NCBI GenBank assembly: GCA_963805625.1 | Contig: CAWDVE010000004.1 | Span: forward strand, 64,001-128,000 | Length of the DNA: 64,000 nucleotides | Reading direction: 5' to 3' | DNA from: an uncultured Candidatus Rokubacteria bacterium | Lineage (GTDB): Bacteria; Methylomirabilota; Methylomirabilia; Rokubacteriales; DASRDR01 | In this document: one piece after another, positions 10,065-18,963 of the stretch | How the letters are laid out: each line of letters starts with the position of its first letter | Numbering within the stretch: the first letter of the stretch is position 1 | The notes under the pieces: model-generated | Told to the model about the DNA's origin: nothing | Seen by the model: the letters and a program-made list of their open reading frames with translations, nothing else | The model's database searches: none | Translations under genes and position numbers: made by a program

Positions 10065-10922
10065 GTGGCTTCCGGCCGCGCAGGCGTGCCCCCGGACTTC
10101 GTCGCCGTGGGCCATCTCACCGTCGACGAGCTGGAGGCCGGGCTTCGTCCCGGGGGCTCGGCGCTCTACGCGGGGCTCTTCGCCCACCATCAGGGCCTTC
10201 GGGTCGGGCTCTTGACGAGTTATGGTCCGGATTTCCCGTTCGACGTCCTCCCGCCGGAGATCGAGGTCGTCGCGGTGCCGGCGGCCGCCACGACGCGGTT
10301 CGCCCTCGACTATCGGTCCGGCGGGCGGCGCCTCACCCTCAAGGAGCGCGCTGCGAACCTCGAGTTCGAGCACCTGCCGGCCCACTTCGCGGAGGCAGGC
10401 CTCGCGTATCTCTGCCCCGTGGCGGACGAGGTGTCGCCCGAGCTCGCAAGCGCGTTCCCGGACGCGGCCATCGGCGTCGGGGCTCAGGGCTGGTGCCGCG
10501 TGTGGGATCGTGACGGCATTGTGACGATGCGGCCCTGGCCCGATCCGCAGCCCGTCCTCGCCCGAGCCCAGGCGCTCTTCCTCTCGAGCGACGACGTGGC
10601 GGGCTGGGAGTCGCGCGCGACCGAGCTCTACCAGGACGTGCCGCTCGGGGCCCTGACCTTCGCCGACAGGGGGGCGATCCTCCTCGTGAACGGGGAGCGG
10701 CATCCCGTCCTCGCGGCGCCGGCTCGGGAGGTTGAGCCGACGGGAGCGGGGGACGTCTTCGCCGCTGCGTTCCTCATCCGCTACAACCTCACCGGCGACC
10801 CTTTCGAGGCCGCCTCGTACGCGGCCGTCGCGGGCGCGCTCACGGTCGAGGCGCCCGGGATCTCCGGCGTGCCGACGGCCGAGCGCCTCGCCGGCCGGTG
10901 GCGGGCCTCGCAGCCGCGCTGA
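10065..10922 (+). CDS. PfkB/ribokinase-family carbohydrate kinase
   Basis: GHLTVD, PGGSALY and EPTGAGDVFAAAF signature. Confidence 0.88.
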   Translation: MASGRAGVPPDFVAVGHLTVDELEAGLRPGGSALYAGLFAHHQGLRVGLLTSYGPDFPFDVLPPEIEVVAVPAAATTRFALDYRSGGRRLTLKERAANLEFEHLPAHFAEAGLAYLCPVADEVSPELASAFPDAAIGVGAQGWCRVWDRDGIVTMRPWPDPQPVLARAQALFLSSDDVAGWESRATELYQDVPLGALTFADRGAILLVNGERHPVLAAPAREVEPTGAGDVFAAAFLIRYNLTGDPFEAASYAAVAGALTVEAPGISGVPTAERLAGRWRASQPR

Positions 10923-10952
10923 GTCCGTCGCCCCCGCGCTCTGGAGGGACCC

Positions 10953-11771
10953 ATGAGCGAGTACTGGTGGATCATTTTCCTCTTCATCGCACTCCAACCG
11001 GTCATCAAGCAGAAGGTGCTCGAGGCCAGCCGGATGCGCGTCCTGAAGCGGCTCGAGCAGGGGCGCCGGAGCCGGGTCATCGCGCTGGTGCACCGCCAGG
11101 AGACGATGAGCCTCCTCGGGTTCCCGATCATGCGCTACATCGACGTCAACGACTCGGAGGAGGTACTGCGGGCGATCGAGCTGACGGACTCCGAGGTCCC
11201 GATCGACCTCGTCGTCCACACGCCCGGCGGGCTCGTGCTGGCCGCCGGCCAGATCGCGCACGCGCTCAGGCGCCACCGGGGCAAGGTCACCGTCTTCGTC
11301 CCGCACTACGCCATGTCGGGTGGCACTCTACTCGCGCTGGCGGCCGACGAGATCGTGATGGCCGCGAACGCCGTGCTCGGGCCCGTGGATCCTCAGCTCG
11401 GCCAGTCGCCGGCGGCCTCGATCCTCTCCGTCCTGGAGCGGAAGGAGATGAAGGACATCGACGACCAGACGCTCATCCTCGCGGACGTCGCCCGCAAGGC
11501 CTTCGTCCAGGTGCAGGTCATGGTCCGCGACCTCTTGATGGAGCACATGACGGAGGAGAAGGCGTCCGACATCGCGGTGAAGCTGTCGACCGGCACGTGG
11601 ACGCACGACTATGCCATCACCGCGGAAGAGGCTAAGGCGCTGGGCCTCCCCGTGACAACCGAGATGCCTCCCGAGGTCTACGAGCTGATGCGGCTCTTCC
11701 CGCAGCCGACGCGCACGCGCCCGTCGGTCGAGTACGTGCCGATCCCGTACCGGCGGCCGGGGAACCCCTGA
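10953..11771 (+). CDS. SDH-family ClpP-fold serine protease (DUF114)
   Basis: HTPGGLVLAA, PHYAMSGGTL, LGPVDPQ and WTHDY motifs. Confidence 0.9.
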   Translation: MSEYWWIIFLFIALQPVIKQKVLEASRMRVLKRLEQGRRSRVIALVHRQETMSLLGFPIMRYIDVNDSEEVLRAIELTDSEVPIDLVVHTPGGLVLAAGQIAHALRRHRGKVTVFVPHYAMSGGTLLALAADEIVMAANAVLGPVDPQLGQSPAASILSVLERKEMKDIDDQTLILADVARKAFVQVQVMVRDLLMEHMTEEKASDIAVKLSTGTWTHDYAITAEEAKALGLPVTTEMPPEVYELMRLFPQPTRTRPSVEYVPIPYRRPGNP

Positions 11772-11828
11772 TGGGCCGTCGTCCTGCTGGGCGGCCTCAC
11801 CCGGTCGCAAGGCCGCGGCGGCGGGGAC

Positions 11829-12605
11829 TCAGTGGTTGCGCCGGATGCTGCCGACGATCGACGCGTATCCCGAGCGGAGCACCGCGGCGTCCGATGAATA
11901 GTTGACCAGGGTCGCGCCGAGGGCGATCATCTCGCGCACCCCTTCCAGGCTGTCGGTCAGCATCGCGACGGCCTTTCCGTGACGCCGGGCCGCCTCGACG
12001 AGACGGCGACGATGCTCGTCGATCACGCCGCGCTGGGCGGGCGTGCCGAGCACACCTAGGTCCTGCGCGAGGTCCGAGGGCCCCAGCGTGAGCGCGTCAA
12101 TCCCGGGGACGGCGGCGATCTCGTCGAGCCGATCGAACGCCCGCCTCGTCTCCAGCATGACGGTCACGTGGACGCGTGCGTTCGCCGTCGCCATGTGCTC
12201 GGTGACGGGGGGCGACTGGTAGCCCGTGTGGGGGCCGAAACCGTACATCCCGCGCTCGCCGAGCGGCGCGTAGCGGGCGGCCCGCGCCACTCCGACCGCC
12301 TGCTCCGGCGTGTCGACCTGGGGCACGTGGAGGTTCAGCACCCCCGCGTCGAGGAGCCGGGTGATCCACTCGCGGCTGCCCTCGGGCGGGCGGACCACCA
12401 GCGGGAAATCGAGGGCGCGAGCGAGGGCCGCCATGTCGGCGACGGTCTCCATCGAGAAGGCGCCATGCTCCATGTCGATCCGCGCGAAGTCCAGCCCCGC
12501 GGCCTGGAGCAGCGTCAAGATCCCCGGCGTTCGGATCATCGTGATCCAGGTGCCGATCTGTACTTCCCCGCGCTCCGCGCGGACCCGCATCCGGTTGTCG
12601 GTCAT
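11829..12605 (-). CDS. HpcH/HpaI aldolase family protein
   Basis: IDMEHG, RYAPLGERG, MLET and GPSDL motifs. Start MTDNRMR at 12605. Confidence 0.9.
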   Translation of the reverse strand: MTDNRMRVRAERGEVQIGTWITMIRTPGILTLLQAAGLDFARIDMEHGAFSMETVADMAALARALDFPLVVRPPEGSREWITRLLDAGVLNLHVPQVDTPEQAVGVARAARYAPLGERGMYGFGPHTGYQSPPVTEHMATANARVHVTVMLETRRAFDRLDEIAAVPGIDALTLGPSDLAQDLGVLGTPAQRGVIDEHRRRLVEAARRHGKAVAMLTDSLEGVREMIALGATLVNYSSDAAVLRSGYASIVGSIRRNH

Positions 12606-12886
12606 CCTCTCTCCTTGGCGTGCCCGGCCTCGCCGTCGAGCGCCTGGCGGGCGCGGGCGATCTCCGCCGCCACGGCCTCGGGGCCGGGGAACTTGCGACG
12701 GACTCGCCGGTACCAGTATCGGGCGTTCTCGAGGTCGCCCTCGAGCGTGTGGACGATTCCGTGGAGCCACGCGGCGAGGTCGGACTTGTCGTGCTGGACG
12801 ATCTCGTGGGCGGCCTGCCAGTCTCGGGACTCCAGGTGCGCCAGCGCGCGGGCCAGGGCGGCGGCGGAGGCGCGAGGCTGGGTCAT
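12602..12886 (-). CDS. Conserved hypothetical small protein
   Basis: WQAAHEIVQ...WLHGIVHTLEGDLENARYWYRR is a recurrent uncharacterised family pattern. Alternative TTG start at 12907. Confidence 0.75.
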   Translation of the reverse strand: MTQPRASAAALARALAHLESRDWQAAHEIVQHDKSDLAAWLHGIVHTLEGDLENARYWYRRVRRKFPGPEAVAAEIARARQALDGEAGHAKERG

Positions 12887-12903
12887 CGTCGGTGAAGCTG
12901 GCG

Positions 12904-13692
12904 TCAAGCGCGGGCGCGCGCGTCCTGGAGCATCCGGATCAGGACACGGCGGGCGTCGTCGGCACTCGTGACCTCTGCCGGGAAGGGGATCCGCTCGGCG
13001 TGGAGCCGGCCACCGCTTCGGATCCGCAGGCGGAAGCCGAGACGATCGACGGCGACCATCGTGGCGGCCTCGGCGTCGGCCGCGCCCCCGAGCACCCGCG
13101 CGTAGACCACGAGCGCCTCCGGATGATCCCGGTTCATGTGCTCGAGGATCCCCGCCGCCACGTCCGCCAGCGGGTCGACGCGGGACGCCTGGTAGACCGC
13201 CCCGTCGATCCAGTCCATGGCCGCGAAGCCGCCGACGAAGTAGAGGTCGACGATCTCGAGGCGGTGGAAGGCGAAGTCCTCGAAGTCGACCCAGTACGCG
13301 GCGTTCGCGTGGCGGGCGAGGTATGCGGCGCGCGCCTCGGCACGGGTGTCGGCCGGGACCGGCTTCACGGCGCCCATGAGCGTCACCCGCCCGGCTGCCA
13401 GGGGATCTCCGGCCCAGTCCGGCTCGGCGACGAAGAGGCTCGCCCGCGAATCCCCGGCGAGATTCTGGGTGTGGACCGCCATCGAGCTGATGAGGAAGAG
13501 CGGCCGGCCGGTCCCGTCGAGCGCGTACGGCATGAGCGACGCGAAGGGGTGCTGCGGGTGGCGGCGGGAGAGGGTCGCGAGGGTGCCGGTCCGGGCGCGG
13601 TGGACGAGCGTGCGGGCGCGCTCGGCGTAGGTCGGCTCGGGCGGTGGCGGCGGTGCGTCCGGATCGGGCGGGGGGCCGGCGTGTCGATTCAT
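12904..13692 (-). CDS. HugZ/pyridoxamine 5'-phosphate oxidase-like protein with DUF2470 domain
   Basis: PFASLMPY, ISSMAVHTQNL, FEDF, VGGFA and HMNRDH motifs. Confidence 0.88.
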   Translation of the reverse strand: MNRHAGPPPDPDAPPPPPEPTYAERARTLVHRARTGTLATLSRRHPQHPFASLMPYALDGTGRPLFLISSMAVHTQNLAGDSRASLFVAEPDWAGDPLAAGRVTLMGAVKPVPADTRAEARAAYLARHANAAYWVDFEDFAFHRLEIVDLYFVGGFAAMDWIDGAVYQASRVDPLADVAAGILEHMNRDHPEALVVYARVLGGAADAEAATMVAVDRLGFRLRIRSGGRLHAERIPFPAEVTSADDARRVLIRMLQDARARA

Positions 13693-13717
13693 GCGTGGCG
13701 CGCCCCTGCCTCGCCCC

Positions 13718-14860
13718 TCACCGGTCGCGGAACGCCGGCATCACGTCCCGGGCGAACCAGCGGAGCTGCTCCATGAAGGCGGCCGCCGGGATCCCTTCCG
13801 GCCAGTGGAGCATGATCTGGTCGAGCCCCGGGTACTTGGCCTCGTACTCCCGGATCAACGCGATGCAGTCGGCTGGCGAGCCGACCATCCAGGCCTTCTG
13901 CTCCACACCCTCGCGCAGCAACGGAGCCCGCGCCGGCGCCCCGGGCGTCCCCCAGGGACGACCCTGCTCGTCCGCGTAGCGGACGAAGCCGAACGGCGCG
14001 AACCACTTGTAGCGCTCGTCGTGAGCGGGCTCGACCCCCCGGATGGCTTCCTCCTTCGACTCCGCCATGTGGAAGCCGAGACCGAGGCAGAGGTCTTCCC
14101 CCAGGCGCTTCTCCCGGCCGTGGCGAGCGCACGCGTCCCGGTAGGTGTGGAAGACCTGGTCGGTGATGCGCTCGCCGTTCAGCGTGACCATGCCCTTCAG
14201 ATTGTGCTTGGCCAGGAAGTCGATCGTCTTCCCGCTCGCGATCGGCTGCCAGATCTCGACGGGCCGGTGAATCGGCCGGGGAACCAGGGTGACCTCGGAC
14301 AGCTCGTAGCCTCGGTACTTCACCCCCGGGGGGACCGTGTAGTGCTTGCCGCGGTGCGAGAACTGCTCCTCGTGGAGCGCCTTCCACATGAGCTCGAACT
14401 GTTCCTCGAACAGCTCGAGGTTCGCCGCCGCGTCGAGGAGGGGCGCGCCGAAGGACTCGACCTCGCGCGTGTGGTAGCCGCGGCCGATTCCCATGATGAC
14501 GCGCCCGCCGGTGAGGATGTCCGCGACCGCGTAGTCCTCGGCCAGGCGGATCGGGTGCCACATCGGGAGGATGTTGAACGCACAGCCGAACTTGAGCTGG
14601 CGCGTCACCGCAGCCAGGTACGTGCCGACCAGGATCAGGTTCGGGAGGACCTCGTAGCCCTCGCGCTGGAAGTGGTGCTCGGCGGTCCAGAGGCAGTAGT
14701 AGCCCTGGTCGTCCATCACCCGCGCGACGTCGACCATGGAGCGATAGGCCTCGACGACCCGCTCGTTCGGGTAGCGGCGCTGGTCCGCGGGCGTGCCGTC
14801 GCGGCCGACGTTGTCGAGATCGATTTGGCCAACATACAGGACGGAGAACTTGCGGATCAT
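13718..14860 (-). CDS. LLM class flavin-dependent oxidoreductase
   Basis: WTAEHHF, WHPIRLAEDYA..D.LTGGR...GIGRGY and PRP motifs. Confidence 0.9.
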   Translation of the reverse strand: MIRKFSVLYVGQIDLDNVGRDGTPADQRRYPNERVVEAYRSMVDVARVMDDQGYYCLWTAEHHFQREGYEVLPNLILVGTYLAAVTRQLKFGCAFNILPMWHPIRLAEDYAVADILTGGRVIMGIGRGYHTREVESFGAPLLDAAANLELFEEQFELMWKALHEEQFSHRGKHYTVPPGVKYRGYELSEVTLVPRPIHRPVEIWQPIASGKTIDFLAKHNLKGMVTLNGERITDQVFHTYRDACARHGREKRLGEDLCLGLGFHMAESKEEAIRGVEPAHDERYKWFAPFGFVRYADEQGRPWGTPGAPARAPLLREGVEQKAWMVGSPADCIALIREYEAKYPGLDQIMLHWPEGIPAAAFMEQLRWFARDVMPAFRDR

Positions 14861-14916
14861 GGAGGCCTCCTCCGCCGGGCGGACTGGCCGTGCGTCATGG
14901 GACCGTCAACGGCGCG

Positions 14917-14925
14917 ATTCTAGCA
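14917..14925 (-). promoter_or_regulatory. Extended -10 promoter of the LLM gene
   Basis: TGCTAGAAT about 55 nt upstream of the ATG. Confidence 0.5.
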
Positions 14926-15239
14926 GAGGCGAGGACGGTCGTCAGGACCCTCAGCAGCCACGCGAAACCCGGGGCGAGATCGTGCGAGAGCGCCGGGTCC
15001 AACGAGCGAGGAAGAAGTCTACGCACTCGACAGGCGATACTCCCCAGCGCGCCTCCAGAGAGGGATCCGAGCGGTGGGCGAGGTCCGCGTAGCGGTGGCA
15101 CCCGGTTTGCGAACCCCGCTCATGCCATCGCGGGACGTGACCTCACGGTCCGTTGTGAAGGATCGAACGGCCAAACGCAGCCCCGGGGGGAGCATGACGG
15201 ACCGGGCTAGCCAGGCGCATCACAGCCTCGTACTGGCTG

Positions 15240-15788
15240 TCAGGGCCAGAGCGCAGCAGGGACCAGCGCGAGATCGGGGAAGGGCGGGAGCGACGCGGGG
15301 CCGGTGCCGGAGACCCGCGCGATGAGCGCGCATCGACCCTCGGCGAGGCCGTAGACCTCGACGGTCCGAGCGTCGGCGTCGACGATCCAGTAGTAGGGCA
15401 CGCTGTATCGCTGATAGAGATCCGTCTTGATGCTGCGGTCGATCCGGGTCGTCGAGGGCGACAGGATCTCGACGACCAGCGTTGGTGGGCCTTCGATGCC
15501 CCGTTCGCTGATGAGGTGCGCCCGAGTCGGATCCAGGTAGACGAGATCGGGCTGGACGATCGTGGTGTCGGCGAGGATCACGTCGATCGGCGCGTAGAGC
15601 ACCTCGCCGAAGGCGTGAGCGGCGAGGTGTGATCTGAGGATCGAGTTGAGGGCGCCGCTGACCCGCTGGTGACGAGTACCCGGAGTGGGTGTCACGGACA
15701 GCGCTCCGTCGTGCAGCTCGTACCGCCGCCCGTCGGCCGGGAGAGCCTCGTAATCACGGTAAGTGAGGACCGCCCGCTCGCCGCTCAT
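15240..15788 (-). CDS. Uma2 family (PD-(D/E)xK) endonuclease
   Basis: RYELHDG, VQPDL, PTLVVEILSPST..D...K, YYWIVD. TACAAT lies 6 nt upstream of ATG 15788 (leaderless). Confidence 0.9.
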   Translation of the reverse strand: MSGERAVLTYRDYEALPADGRRYELHDGALSVTPTPGTRHQRVSGALNSILRSHLAAHAFGEVLYAPIDVILADTTIVQPDLVYLDPTRAHLISERGIEGPPTLVVEILSPSTTRIDRSIKTDLYQRYSVPYYWIVDADARTVEVYGLAEGRCALIARVSGTGPASLPPFPDLALVPAALWP

Positions 15789-15821
15789 GCCCGGATTGTA
15801 GGGGCCCACCCCGGCGAGCGG

Positions 15822-16184
15822 TCAACGCGAGCGGCTGTCTGCCGGCGGCCGGCCCGACCGCTGGTGGACACCGAGGGTCTCCTGGTGCGCGAGGAGGTGC
15901 CATCGCGCCCGCTCGGCGTCGGCTGGGTCCTCCCAGCGCACCTGAGGGAGGCGGGCTCGAGCGCTTCTCAGGTGGGGGAGATCGACCCGCCCCTGGGCGT
16001 CGTGGTGCGGCAGGTGGCGCGACGTCGTGCCGTCCGGCGCCACGTGGACGACGGCGAAGGCCTCGTCGGGGAGCGCGGCGACGTAGGTCCGTGTCCATGA
16101 TGCGGCCGAGGCTCCGGCCGCGAATGCGAGCGTGCAGACTGCGACGGCCACGAGGCAGCGAGCGATCCGTCGATGTGACGCCAT
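15822..16184 (-). CDS. Secreted hypothetical protein (LPDEAFA...RHLPHH...HLRSARAR, DUF6582-like)
   Basis: Signal peptide ending ASA-A and GGAGG RBS. Family assignment is from memory. Confidence 0.65.
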   Translation of the reverse strand: MASHRRIARCLVAVAVCTLAFAAGASAASWTRTYVAALPDEAFAVVHVAPDGTTSRHLPHHDAQGRVDLPHLRSARARLPQVRWEDPADAERARWHLLAHQETLGVHQRSGRPPADSRSR

Positions 16185-16226
16185 CGTCCGAGTTTCCTCC
16201 GCTCAGCGCGAGCTGACCGAGCGTGG

Positions 16227-16242
16227 AGCAAGCACGAGGCCA
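16227..16242 (-). promoter_or_regulatory. Sigma54-type -24/-12 promoter
   Basis: TGGCCT-CGTGC-TTGCT upstream of ATG 16184. Confidence 0.55.
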
Positions 16243-16420
16243 GGTGTCGGCGTGCCCCGAAGTGCCCACGGCGGAACGACACGGGCGCCAGAGGGGGTGT
16301 CTCGGGAAGCGTACGACCGTATCTCGGTCGGCTTGAGTCAGGGGGCCAGCCGGGCGCGGGGCTGCGGTGGCGTCTGGGCCCCGCGTCCGGCTGGCGACTC
16401 TTGACGCCCGAGGAAGGGCG

Positions 16421-16912
16421 CTACTTCACCTCGCGGAGGCGCCCGGTGCGGACGTCGTAGACGAAGCCGCGCACTTCTCCCCGGTGCGGGACGAAGGGAT
16501 TCGCCCGGATCCGGGCGATCGACTGGCGCACGTCCTCGTCGAGGTCGGAGAACGGCTCGAGGGCGAACGGGGGCCGGATCCCGGTCTGCGCCAGGATGTC
16601 CCGCTTGAGCTCCTCGTCGGTGAACGTGAGCATCCCGCAGTCCGTGTGGTGGATCAGGATGATCTCGCGTGTGCCGAGGAGGCGCTGCGAGATCACGAGC
16701 GAGCGGATCGCGTCCTCGGTGATCGCACCCCCCGCGTTCCGGATCACGTGGGCGTCCCCCTCGTCGAGCCCGAGGAGATCATGGAGGTCGAGTCGCGCGT
16801 CCATGCACGCGACGACGGCCACTCCCTTGGCCGGGGGGAGGGGCAGGGAGCCCTTGGTGAAGGACCCGGCATAGTGCTGGTTGTTCCGGAGAAGCTCGTC
16901 CGTGACACTCAT
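16421..16912 (-). CDS. Beta-class carbonic anhydrase (Rv1284-like small clade)
   Basis: ACMDARL, RNAGG and HHTDCG zinc ligands. Confidence 0.93.
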   Translation of the reverse strand: MSVTDELLRNNQHYAGSFTKGSLPLPPAKGVAVVACMDARLDLHDLLGLDEGDAHVIRNAGGAITEDAIRSLVISQRLLGTREIILIHHTDCGMLTFTDEELKRDILAQTGIRPPFALEPFSDLDEDVRQSIARIRANPFVPHRGEVRGFVYDVRTGRLREVK

Positions 16913-16963
16913 CGTGGGCCTCCTCTCCGGGCTCCTTCAGGGAGCCGCGGGGCCTGGAAACGC

Positions 16964-17008
16964 AAAAAGCCGAGGGCGGGGCTCGCGGAGCCCGCGCCGC
17001 TCGGCTTT
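16964..17008 (-). terminator. Intrinsic terminator between the zinc-ribbon gene and the carbonic anhydrase
   Basis: Long GC stem (AAAGCCGAG...CTCGGCTTT) ending in a TTTTT run on the minus strand. Confidence 0.7.
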
Positions 17009-17050
17009 CGTCTTCTCGTCCGACTCTCGCCGTGCTGACCTGGTTCGGGG

Positions 17051-17257
17051 TCACTCCCGGTAGTTGAGGGGCACCTCCACCCAGCTCTTGCAGCGAGGAC
17101 ACTTGGCCGCGGCGCGCCCAGTCTTGGCGCTCACGCGCAGGATCGCGTTCTTCACGACGAGCCCGTCGGGCTCGGGGACGACGATCTTCGTCCGGCACGT
17201 AGGGCAGCGACGGCCCTCGACGCCGGCGAGTGCTCTTACCAGGTGGCCGTCGGCCAT
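17051..17257 (-). CDS. Small zinc-ribbon protein (CPTC...CPRC), Com-like
   Basis: 68 aa with two CxxC knuckles and its own leaderless promoter. Confidence 0.75.
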   Translation of the reverse strand: MADGHLVRALAGVEGRRCPTCRTKIVVPEPDGLVVKNAILRVSAKTGRAAAKCPRCKSWVEVPLNYRE

Positions 17258-17263
17258 GTCGGA

Positions 17264-17292
17264 AAACTACCCATCTTCATCGGAATTGTCAA
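17264..17292 (-). promoter_or_regulatory. Sigma70 promoter (leaderless) overlapping an operator-like motif
   Basis: TTGACA-17 nt-TAGTTT, then 6 nt to ATG 17257. Confidence 0.7.
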
Positions 17293-17322
17293 GATTGAAT
17301 TCGGGAGTCAAGACAGGAGGGC

Positions 17323-18768
17323 CTAGGAGAGGTCCACCCAGACGCTCTTGACCTCCGTGTAGAGATCGAGCCCGGCCTGGCCAAGCTCCCGGCCGAACCC
17401 CGATTCCTTGTAGCCACCGAAGGGCAGGGCGGCGTCGTAGAGGTTGTAGGCGTTGACCCAAACGGTGCCGGCCCGAAGCGACCGGGCCATCCGGAGCGCC
17501 TTGCCGACGTCCCGCGTCCAGACGGCGGCAGCGAGCCCGTAGAACGTCTCGTTCCCCTGGGCCACGGCGTCGTCGGCGTCCTTGAACGGGATGACGGACA
17601 GGACGGGTCCGAAGATCTCCTCGCGGGCGATCCGCATGCTGTTGCTCACGCCCGTGAACACCGTGGGCTGGAGGAAGTAGCCCCGGCCGTCGCCGACCCG
17701 GACGCGCTCGCCGCCGGCCGCGAGCGTCGCGCCTTCTCGGCGGCCCGCCTCGACGTAGCCCAGCACCGTCTGGAGCTGCTGGGCCGAGACCACCGGGCCC
17801 ATCCGGGTCCCCTTGTCCATCGGGTCGCCGACCTTGAGACCCTTGACGCGATCGACGAGCTTCCCGACGAACTCGTCGTGGACACGCTGCTCCACGAGGA
17901 GTCGCGATCCGGCGGCGCAGACCTCGCCCTTGTTGTAGAAGATCCCGGTCATCGCGCCCCGGAGCGCCGCCTCCATGTCCGCGTCCGCGAAGACGACGTT
18001 GGGCGACTTTCCCCCGAGCTCGAGCGACACGCGCTTGAGCGACGCGGCCGCCTCGCGCATGATGCCCTTGCCCACCTCGGTCGATCCGGTGAAGGCGATC
18101 TTGTCGACGCCGGGGTGCCGGACGAGCGCCATCCCCGCCTTGCCGCCCGGGCCCGGCACCAGGTTGAACACGCCCTCCGGAAGGCCGGCCTCCTGGGTGA
18201 GCTCGGCGAAGCGGAGTGCGGTCAAAGGCGTGAGGGAGGCCGGCTTCAGAACGAGCGTGTTGCCGGCGGCCAGCGCGGGGGCGATCTTCCAGGAGGCGAG
18301 CAGGAACGGGAAGTTCCAGGGGACGATCGCGCCCACCACGCCGAGGGGCTGGCGGAGCGTGAAGGTGAAGGCGCCGTCGCGAAGGTTGAGGGTCTCCCCG
18401 TGGATCTTGGTCGTCCAGCCCGCGTAGTAGCGGAACACCTCCGCGGCGAAGGGAAGCTCGACCTTCCCGGAGTCGAAGAGCGTCTTGCCCGTGTTGATGC
18501 TCTCGAGCCGCGCCATCTCGTCAACGTTGGCGGTGATCAGGTCGGCGAGCTTCCACAGGACGCGGGCCCGCTCGGCCGCCGCCATCCGGGGCCAGGGACC
18601 CTGGTCGAACGCGCGCCGCGCGGCCTGGACGGCGAGGTCGATGTCCCGCTCGTCACCCTTCGCGACCTGGGCGCTCACTTCCTCCGTGGCGGGGTTGATG
18701 GTCGCGTACGTCTCGCCCGACGCCGGCGGACGCCACTGGCCACCGACGAAGACCTCGCTGGTGTGCAT
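17323..18768 (-). CDS. Aldehyde dehydrogenase (betaine-aldehyde dehydrogenase-like)
   Basis: PWNFP, FTGST, LELGGKSP, catalytic Cys in GEVCAAGSR, EEIFGPV and PFGGYKESG. Confidence 0.95.
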   Translation of the reverse strand: MHTSEVFVGGQWRPPASGETYATINPATEEVSAQVAKGDERDIDLAVQAARRAFDQGPWPRMAAAERARVLWKLADLITANVDEMARLESINTGKTLFDSGKVELPFAAEVFRYYAGWTTKIHGETLNLRDGAFTFTLRQPLGVVGAIVPWNFPFLLASWKIAPALAAGNTLVLKPASLTPLTALRFAELTQEAGLPEGVFNLVPGPGGKAGMALVRHPGVDKIAFTGSTEVGKGIMREAAASLKRVSLELGGKSPNVVFADADMEAALRGAMTGIFYNKGEVCAAGSRLLVEQRVHDEFVGKLVDRVKGLKVGDPMDKGTRMGPVVSAQQLQTVLGYVEAGRREGATLAAGGERVRVGDGRGYFLQPTVFTGVSNSMRIAREEIFGPVLSVIPFKDADDAVAQGNETFYGLAAAVWTRDVGKALRMARSLRAGTVWVNAYNLYDAALPFGGYKESGFGRELGQAGLDLYTEVKSVWVDLS

Positions 18769-18963
18769 GACCTGCCTCCTGGTCGTCTCGGGACCTGCGG
18801 GGGGCCGCTGCCGCGGGCGCGGGCCGCGCGCACTGCCGTGTTCAACAGTCTAGCCTGCGAGTCACGGCTCCGGAAGCCGCGGCCGGTCGTGCGCTCCGCT
18901 CGCTGCGGGCCCTCGGTTCGGCGCGACTTGACACCCGAGGCCGCCCGGCGGACAGATGAAGGG

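Noticed and set aside
15240-15788. Uma2 nuclease as part of a defence or mobile system
   Set aside because: A solitary member of a commonly expanded family, with no methylase, integrase or partner gene adjacent.
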